Notes under the pieces: generated by a model | Database searches by the model: none | Seen by the model: the letters and a program-made list of their open reading frames with translations, nothing else | Told to the model about the DNA's origin: nothing | Shown: positions 9,900 through 18,998 of the stretch, one piece after another | Layout: each line of letters opens with the position of its first letter | How positions within the stretch are numbered: the stretch's first letter is position 1 | Origin: Candidatus Sulfobium sp. | Lineage (GTDB): Bacteria > Nitrospirota > Thermodesulfovibrionia > Thermodesulfovibrionales > UBA6898 | DNA length: 30,116 nt | Assembly (NCBI GenBank): GCA_037380845.1 | Contig: JARRRI010000051.1 | Span: 1 to 30,116 of the forward strand | Direction: 5' to 3' | Program-made: the position numbers and the translations under genes

Positions 9900-10777
9900 G
9901 TATAAACAGGAGACAATTCATAAAGCTGGCCGGACTCTCCGCCGTTCTGAGCGTCGGGGGGATTACGGCTATAGACAAGGTGAAGGCCAACGCCCAGGAG
10001 CTTCCCTCGGGTGCCCGTGCGACGGCTTCTGCAGCGGGGCAGATCTTTGGTCAATCAAAGCCTCCCCTTACGGCAAAGAGGTGGGGGATGGTTGTCGATC
10101 TTTCGAAGTTCCAGACTCCGGAAGACTACCAGAAGTGCATAGATGCCTGCAATCGGATCCACAATATCCCGGATTTCGGTGAGAAAAAGGATGAAGTCAA
10201 GTGGATATGGACCGATACCTTCGAACATACTTTCCCGGATAGTAACCCGAGGGACCGCAAAGAGGTGAAGGATGGCGACGAACTCGGTCTGTTCATCCCG
10301 GAAGAGTTGAAAGAAAAGCGTTTCCTTCTACTCTGCAACCATTGCGACAACCCCCCCTGCACAAGGGTATGTCCGACGAAGGCTACCTGGAAGAGGGAGT
10401 CTGACGGTATCGTTATGATGGACCAGCACAGATGCATCGGCTGCAGGTTCTGCATGGCAGCCTGTCCCTTCGGAGCCAGAAGCTTCAACTGGAGGGACCC
10501 CAGGCCGTTCATCAAGGAGGAAAACCTGAACCCGGAGTATCCCACGAGGGCCATCGGAGTGGTTGAGAAATGTATCTTCTGCGTCGAGCGGCTTGAACAG
10601 GGGCTCAAACCGGCATGCGTCGAGAAGTCCAACGGGGGACTGGTCTTCGGAGATCTTGACGACAAGAATTCAGATGTCAGGAAGCTCCTCCGTACACATT
10701 TCAGCATACGGCGCAAGCCCCAGCTTGGGACCCAGCCCAGTGTGTACTACCTAATAGGAGGTATTAAGAATGTTTGA
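9896..10777 (+). CDS. dsrO: DsrO, periplasmic Fe-S protein
   Basis: Tat signal SINRRQFIK at ATG 9896 (GGAG RBS; overlaps dsrJ stop); CNHCDNPPCTRVCP, CIGCRFCMAACP, KCIFC. Confidence 0.96.
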   Translation: MSINRRQFIKLAGLSAVLSVGGITAIDKVKANAQELPSGARATASAAGQIFGQSKPPLTAKRWGMVVDLSKFQTPEDYQKCIDACNRIHNIPDFGEKKDEVKWIWTDTFEHTFPDSNPRDRKEVKDGDELGLFIPEELKEKRFLLLCNHCDNPPCTRVCPTKATWKRESDGIVMMDQHRCIGCRFCMAACPFGARSFNWRDPRPFIKEENLNPEYPTRAIGVVEKCIFCVERLEQGLKPACVEKSNGGLVFGDLDDKNSDVRKLLRTHFSIRRKPQLGTQPSVYYLIGGIKNV

Positions 10778-11927
10778 AAAAGCGCTGGTCGGAAGTAAGC
10801 GATACTGGACATGGATCGGGATCTTGCTGGTCGTCATCGGAGTGGGCGTTGTGTACTACCTCCGTCAGTTCCACTATGGCCTGGGACTCACCGGCATGAG
10901 CAGGGACGTTTCCTGGGGCTTCTATATCGCCCAGTTCACGTTCCTCGTCGGCGTGGCTGCGTCGGCGGTCATGCTCGTCATACCTTATTACCTGCACCAT
11001 TACAAAACCTTCAGACGGATAGTAATCCTGGGAGAATTCCTGGCGATCGCTTCTGTCATAATGTGCATCCTCTTTATCTTCGTGGATCTCGGACAGCCAA
11101 TGAGGGTGCTGAACGTGGCGTTGCACCCCAGGCCGAATTCGGTCATGTTCTGGGATATGATTGTGCTGATCGGCTATCTCACCCTTAACGTCGTCATCGG
11201 ATGGACGACGCTGGGGGCGGAGCGCAAGGAGGTGCCGCCGCCTGCGTGGGTAAAACCGCTTATTATCCTGTCCGTACCCTGGGCGGTCAGCATCCATACC
11301 GTTACCGCGTTTCTGTATGCCGGTCTTCCCGGGAGACACCTCTGGTTGTCGGCTATTATGGCCGCCCGCTTCCTGGCGGGGGCGTTTGCTGCAGGCCCGG
11401 CGCTCCTCATACTGCTTGCCTTTATCATCAGAAGGGTGAGCACATTTGATGCGGGGAGAGAGGCGATACAGGCTGTGGCAAAGATCGTAGCATATGCCAT
11501 GTCCGTTAACGTTTTCTTCATACTGCTTGAGTTCTTCACCGCCTTTTACAGCGGCGTGCCGGCACATACAGCTTCCATGAGGTACCTCTTCTTCGGTCTT
11601 GACGGCCATTATGAGTTTGTTCCTTTCATGTGGGTTCTGGCGATACTGGCGATTGCGAGCCTTGTCCTGCTGGTAATCCCCAAATTCCGGGAAAACGAGG
11701 CCATCCTGCCGGTGGCCCTCATTGCGGTCTTCATCTCTACCTGGATCGATAAAGGTGTAGGCCTGGTGGTTGGCGGTTTTATCCCCAATCCGTTTGAGAC
11801 CATTACGACCTATTCGCCGACTCTGCCGGAACTTCTCATAACACTGGGAGTCTATGGGGCGGGTGCGCTTACGCTGACCGTTCTTTACAAGATAGCAATC
11901 GGCGTCAAGGAGGAGGTTGCCACTTAG
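10770..11927 (+). CDS. dsrP: DsrP, NrfD/PsrC-family membrane protein
   Basis: TGMSRDVSWGFYIAQFTFLVGVAASA, DLGQP, WAVSIHTVTAFL; polytopic membrane protein. Confidence 0.97.
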   Translation: MFEKALVGSKRYWTWIGILLVVIGVGVVYYLRQFHYGLGLTGMSRDVSWGFYIAQFTFLVGVAASAVMLVIPYYLHHYKTFRRIVILGEFLAIASVIMCILFIFVDLGQPMRVLNVALHPRPNSVMFWDMIVLIGYLTLNVVIGWTTLGAERKEVPPPAWVKPLIILSVPWAVSIHTVTAFLYAGLPGRHLWLSAIMAARFLAGAFAAGPALLILLAFIIRRVSTFDAGREAIQAVAKIVAYAMSVNVFFILLEFFTAFYSGVPAHTASMRYLFFGLDGHYEFVPFMWVLAILAIASLVLLVIPKFRENEAILPVALIAVFISTWIDKGVGLVVGGFIPNPFETITTYSPTLPELLITLGVYGAGALTLTVLYKIAIGVKEEVAT

Positions 11928-12036
11928 AAGAATATTCGCCGGACCGGGAAATCGGGTGCGGCGGGTGGTTTTTTGTAAAGAGTTTTATTTATAATTAAAA
12001 AGACCATTTTGGTGATCACATTAAAGGAGGAATTCC

Positions 12037-12222
12037 ATGTACTTAGTCACAGTAGACTCTGGAAAATGCGAAGGGTGCGAGGAGTGCGTCAACAACTGTC
12101 CGGTCGGGGTGTTTCAGATGACCGACGGCAAGGCTGACCCCTACCAGGCAGATCTGTGCGAAGGTTGTGAGACCTGCGTCAGCGTGTGCTCGACAGGGGC
12201 AGTCACATTGTCGGAAATGTAG
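12037..12222 (+). CDS. 2x[4Fe-4S] ferredoxin
   Basis: CEGCEECVNNCP and CEGCETCVSVC; acidic 61 aa; AGGAGG RBS. Confidence 0.95.
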   Translation: MYLVTVDSGKCEGCEECVNNCPVGVFQMTDGKADPYQADLCEGCETCVSVCSTGAVTLSEM

Positions 12223-12246
12223 AAAACTTAGTGATGAAACTCCGTG

Positions 12247-12283
12247 GAAGGGGCGATGAGGGAATCATCGCCCCTTCTTTTTT
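12247..12283 (+). terminator. Rho-independent terminator ending the dsr cluster
   Basis: GAAGGGGCGATGA-gggaa-TCATCGCCCCTTC-TTTTTT. Confidence 0.9.
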
Positions 12284-12321
12284 AAGTACCGCCCGTCTTT
12301 TCCCGGCCTGGAAGCGGTTCC

Positions 12322-13788
12322 CTATTTCATCGCGTCGAAAGAGGCCTCCTTCACCACCATGTCAACCACCGGCAGCGTGGGTACTTTTGTCAGTCCATAG
12401 ATCTTCTTAAGGTCGATACTTTCGGGCACGGCTCCAAGCAGTGCCTCAGCCACACCTTGGTCGGCCTGTCGATAGCGGAGCTTTGCTTCCACCACGACCT
12501 TCTTTATCCCCTGCGGGACGCAGAGCCCGTAGTAAACGTCCTTGTAGCCCTTCGGAGGAATGGTGTCGTGGCGGGAAAAAGACGTAACCACCCAGGGGTC
12601 GATTGCGAAATGGAAATTCTTGCCCATTCCCTCTGAATTGAAGAGCCGGGTGTTTTGCGCAAGGTGTCCCTTCGCGTCGATCGTACCGCTTGTCATAAGG
12701 ACCTTGCCCTTTTCATCTTTTATCGTCATTTCAAGCCACATCTGCCTGACATTGGTCAGGGAGGTGGGGAGGTTATGACCGGCCCGGATATTCCTTACCC
12801 GGACTTTTATCTCGTCCAGCCTGCCGCTACTGTAAAGCGGGGAGAGCTCAAGGTCCGCAGCCAGCTGGAGACGCTTCACGGCCATCTCGTATTTTTCCTT
12901 AATAATGGCCGCCTTCCTGTCATCGCCGGCTTTCTTGGCAGCCGTCTGGGCGAGGTAGTAGATAAGGTAGTTGGCGCCGTTGAAATAGTGGCGGTATTCT
13001 CCACGCTCGGGTTTTCTGAAGTCGTCTGCGCTGTGCATGAAGACGGCCAGGTTTACCATGTGGCAGTCCTGACAGAGAATCCCCCTCTGCGCATACGCCC
13101 CATGTTTCCATTCCAGGTAGGTGGCCTCCAGAGGGAAGTGGTCTTCGTAGTGGTAAACCTGGTGGCAACCGGCGCACAGGTCGGCGCGCAGGTGCAACGA
13201 AGATTCTTCGCACTCGTGGAATCCCATCCCACAGTTTTCGGGAGGGGTGAAAGGGCCGCGCTTTATCAACTTTGTGCCCTCAGTGGTATCTATCCCCGGC
13301 GTGAGGATGAAGGAGCCGTTTTCCGGTTCGTGCGAAGGGGTTTGCCAGTGCGTTGTTCCGCTGACCGAGTGACAGATATCACATGACACCCCGGCCAGGG
13401 CAACGGGACCCAGATCCGCTATGCCGGGCTTCCTGATTTCTCCGGTGATCATACCCTCGGGGGAATGACAGCCCTCGCACTGCCGGGAAATTTCATGACC
13501 GACCGCCTTGACCGCCTTGTTCAACTCTCCCTGATAGACGGGGTCCTGAAAAGCCAGGGAGTGGACCGATCCGGTCCATTCATCATACTGCCTGGGATGG
13601 CATCCCTTACAGACTTCGGGCGCAGTGAATTTCGCGCTGGACTTGTTCCACTTGATAAGGGAAGGGTAGTAGGGATAGAATTCATGATCCACGTCGAAGA
13701 CCGGAGAGGCCGCGAATGCCGTGGCCATAAAAGATCCACAAATCACCGCAAAAAATATCGTCTGTAATATTCTTGTCCCTTTTTTCAT
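12322..13788 (-). CDS. Exported multiheme cytochrome c (5 CxxCH; c554-like domain)
   Basis: Signal peptide MKKGTRIL...AFA; CKGCH, CEGCH, CDICH, CAGCH, CQDCH; AGHNLPT motif; start moved to 13788 behind AGGAGGTG. Confidence 0.88.
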   Translation of the reverse strand: MKKGTRILQTIFFAVICGSFMATAFAASPVFDVDHEFYPYYPSLIKWNKSSAKFTAPEVCKGCHPRQYDEWTGSVHSLAFQDPVYQGELNKAVKAVGHEISRQCEGCHSPEGMITGEIRKPGIADLGPVALAGVSCDICHSVSGTTHWQTPSHEPENGSFILTPGIDTTEGTKLIKRGPFTPPENCGMGFHECEESSLHLRADLCAGCHQVYHYEDHFPLEATYLEWKHGAYAQRGILCQDCHMVNLAVFMHSADDFRKPERGEYRHYFNGANYLIYYLAQTAAKKAGDDRKAAIIKEKYEMAVKRLQLAADLELSPLYSSGRLDEIKVRVRNIRAGHNLPTSLTNVRQMWLEMTIKDEKGKVLMTSGTIDAKGHLAQNTRLFNSEGMGKNFHFAIDPWVVTSFSRHDTIPPKGYKDVYYGLCVPQGIKKVVVEAKLRYRQADQGVAEALLGAVPESIDLKKIYGLTKVPTLPVVDMVVKEASFDAMK

Positions 13789-13893
13789 AACACCTCCTTT
13801 GTGGGAGAACCGGGAATGGCCCTCCTCAACGACTGTCTTCAATCCCGGCCGGCATATTCTATGCCGCGATACGGGTAAGAACCCCTCGCTCAT

Positions 13894-13921
13894 ATTGTAG
13901 TTGACACGGCTGAGCTGTCAA
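13894..13921 (-). promoter_or_regulatory. Sigma70-like promoter of the cytochrome gene
   Basis: Minus-strand TTGACA (13921-13916)-N16-TACAAT (13899-13894). Confidence 0.6.
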
Positions 13922-14015
13922 GGGGAACTTCGATATATGATTTCACCGGCGCTGGTGATTAACGGAGTTCACGACGTTCTATCCATCCCGGCATTCTGCT
14001 CACTGAAGAATTAAC

Positions 14016-14044
14016 TTGACAAGTTGGCTGAAAGGCAATACGGT
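14016..14044 (+). promoter_or_regulatory. Sigma70-like promoter upstream of a structured RNA
   Basis: TTGACA-N17-TACGGT; the -35 lies in palindrome AACTTG-A-CAAGTT. Confidence 0.45.
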
Positions 14045-14060
14045 TTAATCGCATGGGTAC

Positions 14061-14197
14061 AAAAAGAGGTGGTGGTCTTGCTCCCCTCACCCGGAGTTCA
14101 AGATTAAAGCCGTAAGATGCAAGTCTTAGGTTTTAAAGTCTGGGACGCAAGAGTCGCCGGGACTCATGGGTGGAGGCAAAGCAAGCACCACTTTTTT
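14061..14197 (+). ncRNA. Candidate rod-shaped non-coding RNA or leader, about 140 nt
   Basis: End-to-end imperfect pairing with several G-U pairs, apical GCAA tetraloop, terminal U6; preceded by a promoter-like motif. Confidence 0.55.
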
Positions 14198-14369
14198 ATC
14201 GACCAGGGAGCATCCGTGCGCCCCGTTGTGAGAGACTAACGGGCACTGGTGAACCTTCTGCTGGACAGCTCGTCGATCATGTGATAAATTGGGAGCGAGG
14301 CGAGTACATGGCTTTGTTGTCGTCAACACTTTCAGACTGTCTTATCCCCGATTTTTAAGGAGTGATCTC

Positions 14370-15404
14370 ATGGCGCATAAGGAACTTCCCGTCCCCCCGC
14401 ACTTCAATCCCGGCAGGACCGGCGAAGTCTGGGAGGTGAACTATCGGAAGAGGGCCGTTGATTCGGGTGAATGGGCCAAAAAGCAAGGCGTACGGCCTGC
14501 CGCGGAAGATACCTTCAGGATGTGCCTGGTGGCAGTGGATGTGCAGAACACTTTCTGCATACCGGGGTACGAACTTTACGTTGCCGGACGATCCGGCACC
14601 GGTGCGGTCGACGATAACAGGAGACTCTGCGAGTTCATATACAGGAATCTTGACGTGATTACGCAGATATGCCCGACTATGGATACCCATTACGCCATGC
14701 AGATCTTTCATCCCCTCTACCTGATAAACGACGAGGGAGAACATCCCCCGCCCTTCACCCTGGTTTCCGAAGAAGACGTAAAAGACGGGATATGGAAGTT
14801 CAACCCGGCGCTCTGTTACAGCCTCCGGATCACGGAGGATTACGGGCAGAGGCACCTGCTGCATTACACCAGGAGGCTCAGGGAGGGGGGCAAGTACGAC
14901 CTTACGATATGGCCCTACCACGGCATGCTGGGAGGCATCGGCCACGCACTCGTGGCGTCCGTCGACGAAGCGGCCTTCTTTCACTGTGTTGCCCGTTACA
15001 GCCAGACTGATTTTCATGTGAAAGGCGACAGACCGTTGACGGAACACTATTCCGTCCTGGGACCTGAAGTGCTTGAGGGGCCTGAGGGGCAACCAATAGG
15101 ACGGAAGAGCGAGAAATTCTTCAGGAAGCTCATCGAATTCGATGCCGTTGTGATCGCCGGACAGGCGAAGAGCCACTGCGTAGCCTGGACGATCGACGAC
15201 CTGCTGCAGGATGTTTTGGCCGAAGACAGGAAGCTGGTGGATAAAATATACCTGCTGGAGGACTGTACGTCCCCAGTCGTAGTCCCTGGAGTGATGGACT
15301 ACACGGAGCAGGCCGATGCCGCCTTCCGAAAATTCGACCATGCGGGAATGCACGTAGTCCGTTCCACGGACCCTGTCGAAACCTGGCCCGGAATCAGCCT
15401 CTGA
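14370..15404 (+). CDS. Isochorismatase/nicotinamidase-family cysteine hydrolase
   Basis: [26 protein letters not shown]; start moved to ATG 14370 behind AAGGAG. Confidence 0.85.
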   Translation: MAHKELPVPPHFNPGRTGEVWEVNYRKRAVDSGEWAKKQGVRPAAEDTFRMCLVAVDVQNTFCIPGYELYVAGRSGTGAVDDNRRLCEFIYRNLDVITQICPTMDTHYAMQIFHPLYLINDEGEHPPPFTLVSEEDVKDGIWKFNPALCYSLRITEDYGQRHLLHYTRRLREGGKYDLTIWPYHGMLGGIGHALVASVDEAAFFHCVARYSQTDFHVKGDRPLTEHYSVLGPEVLEGPEGQPIGRKSEKFFRKLIEFDAVVIAGQAKSHCVAWTIDDLLQDVLAEDRKLVDKIYLLEDCTSPVVVPGVMDYTEQADAAFRKFDHAGMHVVRSTDPVETWPGISL

Positions 15405-15437
15405 GATCCCAGCCCCCCCGGAGTCAGGCTTTGTATC

Positions 15438-15680
15438 CTAGAGTATCCTCAATAAGAACAAGACTGCAACAACGACACCGACAAATGCCATTATGAAAAA
15501 AAGGGATTTATCATATTTGTTTCCGGTTTTTTCTTCTTCTTCCAATGCAGCTGAAAGCCTCTCCATGCTTTCCTGTTTCTCCTTCAGGCTGTTGCGGAAG
15601 CGTTCAGTCCATTCCTCAAAGTCAGTGGCGTCCCGACCTGTGTCAGTCGATCCGCGGTCAGATTCTTTAGCGGAATTCAT
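15438..15680 (-). CDS. Small hypothetical protein with coiled coil and C-terminal TM anchor
   Basis: GGAGGA RBS before ATG 15680; charged helix followed by hydrophobic LFFIMAFVGVVVAVLFLL. Confidence 0.6.
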   Translation of the reverse strand: MNSAKESDRGSTDTGRDATDFEEWTERFRNSLKEKQESMERLSAALEEEEKTGNKYDKSLFFIMAFVGVVVAVLFLLRIL

Positions 15681-15927
15681 TGCTGTTTCCTCCGTGTTAA
15701 AATCGATGGAATGTACGATTAACAGACCAGGATCCCCCGAGTCATTCATCGAGGGATCGTAATTTCCTTGCTTCCCGTTCATTCTGTCATTCTAGAAACT
15801 TCCGCGGAAAAGCTGTATCGGAATGCGGATGATTTTTCTGTAAGACTTTTCCTACAGCCCTGACTCCGGTCAGACGAGATGTGTCTTTAAAGTTGACAAC
15901 ATGGCTGCCGTCTGAAAAAAGAGTGAC

Positions 15928-16302
15928 TTAGCCCTTTGGCTTTTTCTTCTTTTCCCCCGCTTTAGTTTCAGACCTCTTTTTCTGGGTACGTTTTGGTTTG
16001 GTGCTCCCGCCCGCCGATGGGGCCGTTTTCTGCCGTTTCTCAGTCTCCGGTTCCCCTGTCTCGACTCTTTCATGGGCGGCGGGTTGAGTCCGTTTGGGTT
16101 TAGTGCCTCCTCCTGCAGGCGGCGCCGTTTTCTGCGGTTTTTCCGATTCCGGTTCTGCTGACCCGGCAGTCCGCCGGGCGGCGAGTTTGGTCATCACTAT
16201 CTGCTCCGCTTTCAGCCAGTGTTCCAGCTCCCTGCCTCCCGTCCTTCCGTTCTTTTCGTAGAAATCGTATGCCAATTTCCTTATCTCTTCCTGGACATTC
16301 AT
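15928..16302 (-). CDS. DUF2934-domain protein with basic low-complexity tail
   Basis: EEIRKLAYDFYEKNGR..G.ELEHWLKAE signature; AGGAGG RBS before ATG 16302. Confidence 0.85.
   Translation of the reverse strand: MNVQEEIRKLAYDFYEKNGRTGGRELEHWLKAEQIVMTKLAARRTAGSAEPESEKPQKTAPPAGGGTKPKRTQPAAHERVETGEPETEKRQKTAPSAGGSTKPKRTQKKRSETKAGEKKKKPKG
15983..16155. repeat. Diverged 71-bp direct repeat, two copies 102 bp apart
   Basis: 15983-16053 vs 16085-16155; encode EPETEKRQKTAPSAGGSTKPKRTQ and EPESEKPQKTAPPAGGGTKPKRTQ. Confidence 0.85.
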
Positions 16303-16490
16303 CTGAATCGCCTCCTTGTTTCTCTGTTCTTCAATCTTCATCTTATCTCCAGCCAGGGATCAATGCAACCTGATAATTGTCCTGCAGTCGCAAAAATTCG
16401 GCAGAAATGAAGAGAAGGCGTCCAGCCGTCCGGCAGGATGATGCAGCCGGTATTTTTTGTGCTAACATGGTAAAAAAGGAGGTATCTGCA

Positions 16491-17021
16491 ATGGCATTGG
16501 TAAACGGTCTGGAAACCGAAAAATTGATGGAAGTCGTGGGGCAGGTCAAACAGAACTGGGAGAAGGGAAGAACAGTCTGGAAGGCGTCAACAAAATGGCT
16601 GAGCGGCTTTAAAGTCCAGACATGTTCCAGGGACTTCACCCTTCTGGCCGACGAGCCTGAAATGCTTTGCGGCACAAACACTGCCTCGAACCCTGTCGAG
16701 ATGATATTGCAGGCTTACGGAGCATGTCTGACAATAGGGTACGCAATGAACGCCGCCGTGAGGGGGATAACAATCGAAGACATAGCAGTAGAGCTCGAAG
16801 GAGAAATTGACCTGCCGGGCTTTCTGGGACTTGAACCCCCCGAGAAGCTGCACATGGACAAACTGCCTGGCTTCAAGACGATCAGCGCGAAAGTCAGTAT
16901 CAAGGCGGATGCGGACGAGAAGGCACTGAAGGAATTGCACGAACAGGTAGTCGGAACGTCGCCCGTGGGAATAACCCTGTCCAGGCCGGTCGATGTTAAA
17001 ACGACTCTGGAAGTCAAGTAG
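16491..17021 (+). CDS. OsmC-family protein
   Basis: ADEPEMLCGTNTASNPVEMILQAYGACL, ELEGEIDL.GFLGL, TSPV; start moved to ATG 16491 behind AGGAGGT. Confidence 0.88.
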   Translation: MALVNGLETEKLMEVVGQVKQNWEKGRTVWKASTKWLSGFKVQTCSRDFTLLADEPEMLCGTNTASNPVEMILQAYGACLTIGYAMNAAVRGITIEDIAVELEGEIDLPGFLGLEPPEKLHMDKLPGFKTISAKVSIKADADEKALKELHEQVVGTSPVGITLSRPVDVKTTLEVK

Positions 17022-17040
17022 AGAAGGTCGGTCAGGAATA

Positions 17041-17071
17041 TACCGGGCCTGATCCGGTTGCAGGCCCGGTA
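17041..17071. terminator. Hairpin between convergent genes
   Basis: TACCGGGCCTG-N9-CAGGCCCGGTA. Confidence 0.6.
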
Positions 17072-17110
17072 AACATTTCTCGGGTCGGTAGAATCAGATC
17101 TGTTCCGGCC

Positions 17111-18002
17111 TTACTTTTCGAGTTTTGAAGTGCTGATTTTAACTATCTCCCGCTTTATCTGGCCGGGCATTCTCATGTTCTTTATAAAGGCCCAGTTGCC
17201 GGCGTCTTCAAAATAGAGCTTCATGCGGTACATCTCGTCGAGTGTGACGACCTTGACCACGCCTCTCCCCTTGTATATGGCTACCTCGATCGGAAAGGCG
17301 GCGGCGTGGTCAATTCCGGGACAACGGTAGTCTTTGGATTCCCTCTTCTCTCCGGCTATGCCGTAAGCCCTGGCTTCTGTGGCGGGGTTGTTGATGCCAT
17401 ACATGACGATATCTTCGGCCGGTTTCAGTGTATAGATGAGCTTCCAGCCCTCCTTGTTAGACATGATACCGTCTTTGACTTTTGCCGCTATGTCCTGAAA
17501 GACGCCCGGGGCATCGTCCTTCTTATACATCACTTCCGGCATATCCGCGAAATCCCCTCCACCCATGCCGCCGACCCTGCCTTCGCTTCTGAGCTCGCCT
17601 ATCTGCCGGTTCACGGCGTCTCCCTGCACGGCCGACGCAAGAATTGTAGACAACTTGTTCATAGTGGTTTCTGACAGCCTTTCTTCCGTCTTGTCGCCGA
17701 GTACGGTTCTGTTTATGGAGGCCGGATTAACGAAAGCTGCATTGAGGCCCTTTTCGTCCTGATAAAGTTCCACCCTGAGAGGTATGGCAAAGACTGCCGT
17801 GGGGCCGTGGGATATAATCTGTTTTGCATATTCCGGAGAGTTTATAACTATGTTGTAAGCCCTGAACCCGCAGTCCTTCGGTACGGAAGCCTCGTACGAT
17901 GCCATTGTCGACGGCCTTTACATATACACCGTATTCCTGGGCATGTACTGCCGGTGACATCACGAAGAATACTGCCAGAACAAACAATAACATCTTTTTC
18001 AT
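17111..18002 (-). pseudogene. Frameshifted exported protein with two DUF302-like domains
   Basis: Signal peptide ORF from 18002 (GAGGAGG RBS) and protein body 17111-17905 are in different frames, joined at GAC-A-ATG near 17906; repeats PLRVELYQD and PIEVAIYK. Confidence 0.65.
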
Positions 18003-18116
18003 CGTCGCCTCCTCTAAAAAGTAATTAACTTCGAAATTAATATATTAAAGAACTTTTTGGCCCCTTTGTAAAGTAAAATTGAAATGGTGATGTTCGGTGA
18101 GACATACTAAAACACG

Positions 18117-18998
18117 ATGAAGACCACAGTAGTATGCGGATTGCTCGGTTCGGGGAAGACCACCTTCATTAGAAATTTTGTTGAGGGCACCGTGGGAAAG
18201 ACCGTCGTGCTCGTCAATGACTTCGGCAGGGCCGGCATTGACGGTGAGATATTTTCGGCTGATGGAATCGATTCCATCGAACTTCCGAGCGGCTGCGTCT
18301 GCTGCACGCTCAAGTTCGATCTAATCTCTACAATAGAGGGAATACTGAAGGACCATTCTCCCGCCCATCTTGTCATCGAGCCGAGCGGGATAGCATCACC
18401 TTCAGGGGTGCTCGAAGCGCTCGATTCCCTCTCCGTCCGTCCCGTAACCGTTGTTGGCCTGGTGGACGCGACCGAATTTATCGGGCTCCATGAGGCCCAG
18501 TTGTATGGGAGGTTTTTCGAAGACCAGATCATCACCTCTGACGTCATACTTGTAAACAAGTCCGACCTTGTTTCGGAGGAAATAAGAGAGGAAACCGCCC
18601 GTCTGGTTGAGACCTTAAATCCGCGGGCGGCTGTCTTTAAGACCGTGAATGCCCGGCTCGGCGAGCCACTGTTGAGCATTGACGTCCACACCGGATACAG
18701 GTCGCGGCACAAATTGACGGACCACTTTCACTTCGACACCTTGTCGCTGAAGCTGGAAAACGGAACGGGTTACGTGAAATTGAGGGGAATCTTTGATGAA
18801 ATGGCGAGGGGAGAATACGGGGACGTGGTGAGGGCCAAGGCTCTTGTTCAGACCGAAAGAGGACCTTACAGGTTCGATCTCTCTTACGGAAGGGTGGCGG
18901 AAGCGGTTTTTCAGAAAGAAGTGACGGACAGCAGACTTGTCATGATAGGCGAAGGTCTTAAAAAGGACGCTGTGTCTTTAAGAATATCTCAGGGTTAA
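18117..18998 (+). CDS. CobW/COG0523-family G3E GTPase metallochaperone
   Basis: GLLGSGKTT, VNDFG, GCVCC, IEPSGIA, NKSD, C-terminal RAKA. Confidence 0.92.
   Translation: MKTTVVCGLLGSGKTTFIRNFVEGTVGKTVVLVNDFGRAGIDGEIFSADGIDSIELPSGCVCCTLKFDLISTIEGILKDHSPAHLVIEPSGIASPSGVLEALDSLSVRPVTVVGLVDATEFIGLHEAQLYGRFFEDQIITSDVILVNKSDLVSEEIREETARLVETLNPRAAVFKTVNARLGEPLLSIDVHTGYRSRHKLTDHFHFDTLSLKLENGTGYVKLRGIFDEMARGEYGDVVRAKALVQTERGPYRFDLSYGRVAEAVFQKEVTDSRLVMIGEGLKKDAVSLRISQG

Noticed and set aside
14141..14165. GGGACGCAA resembling the c-di-GMP-I riboswitch
   Set aside because: No upstream GGCAAA/GAAA P1 arrangement; the bases are used in the rod structure.
14201..14265. TPP-riboswitch-like words (GGGAGC, TGAGA, TGAACCT)
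   Set aside because: The conserved GAUC.GG.UAAU.CC.GCG.AGGGA half is missing and the stems do not fit.
14355..15353. Long antisense ORFs (also 3201-3893, 9090-9872, 10764-11609, 12655-13386, 24636-25247, 25802-26548)
   Set aside because: Shadows of well-supported genes in GC-rich coding sequence.
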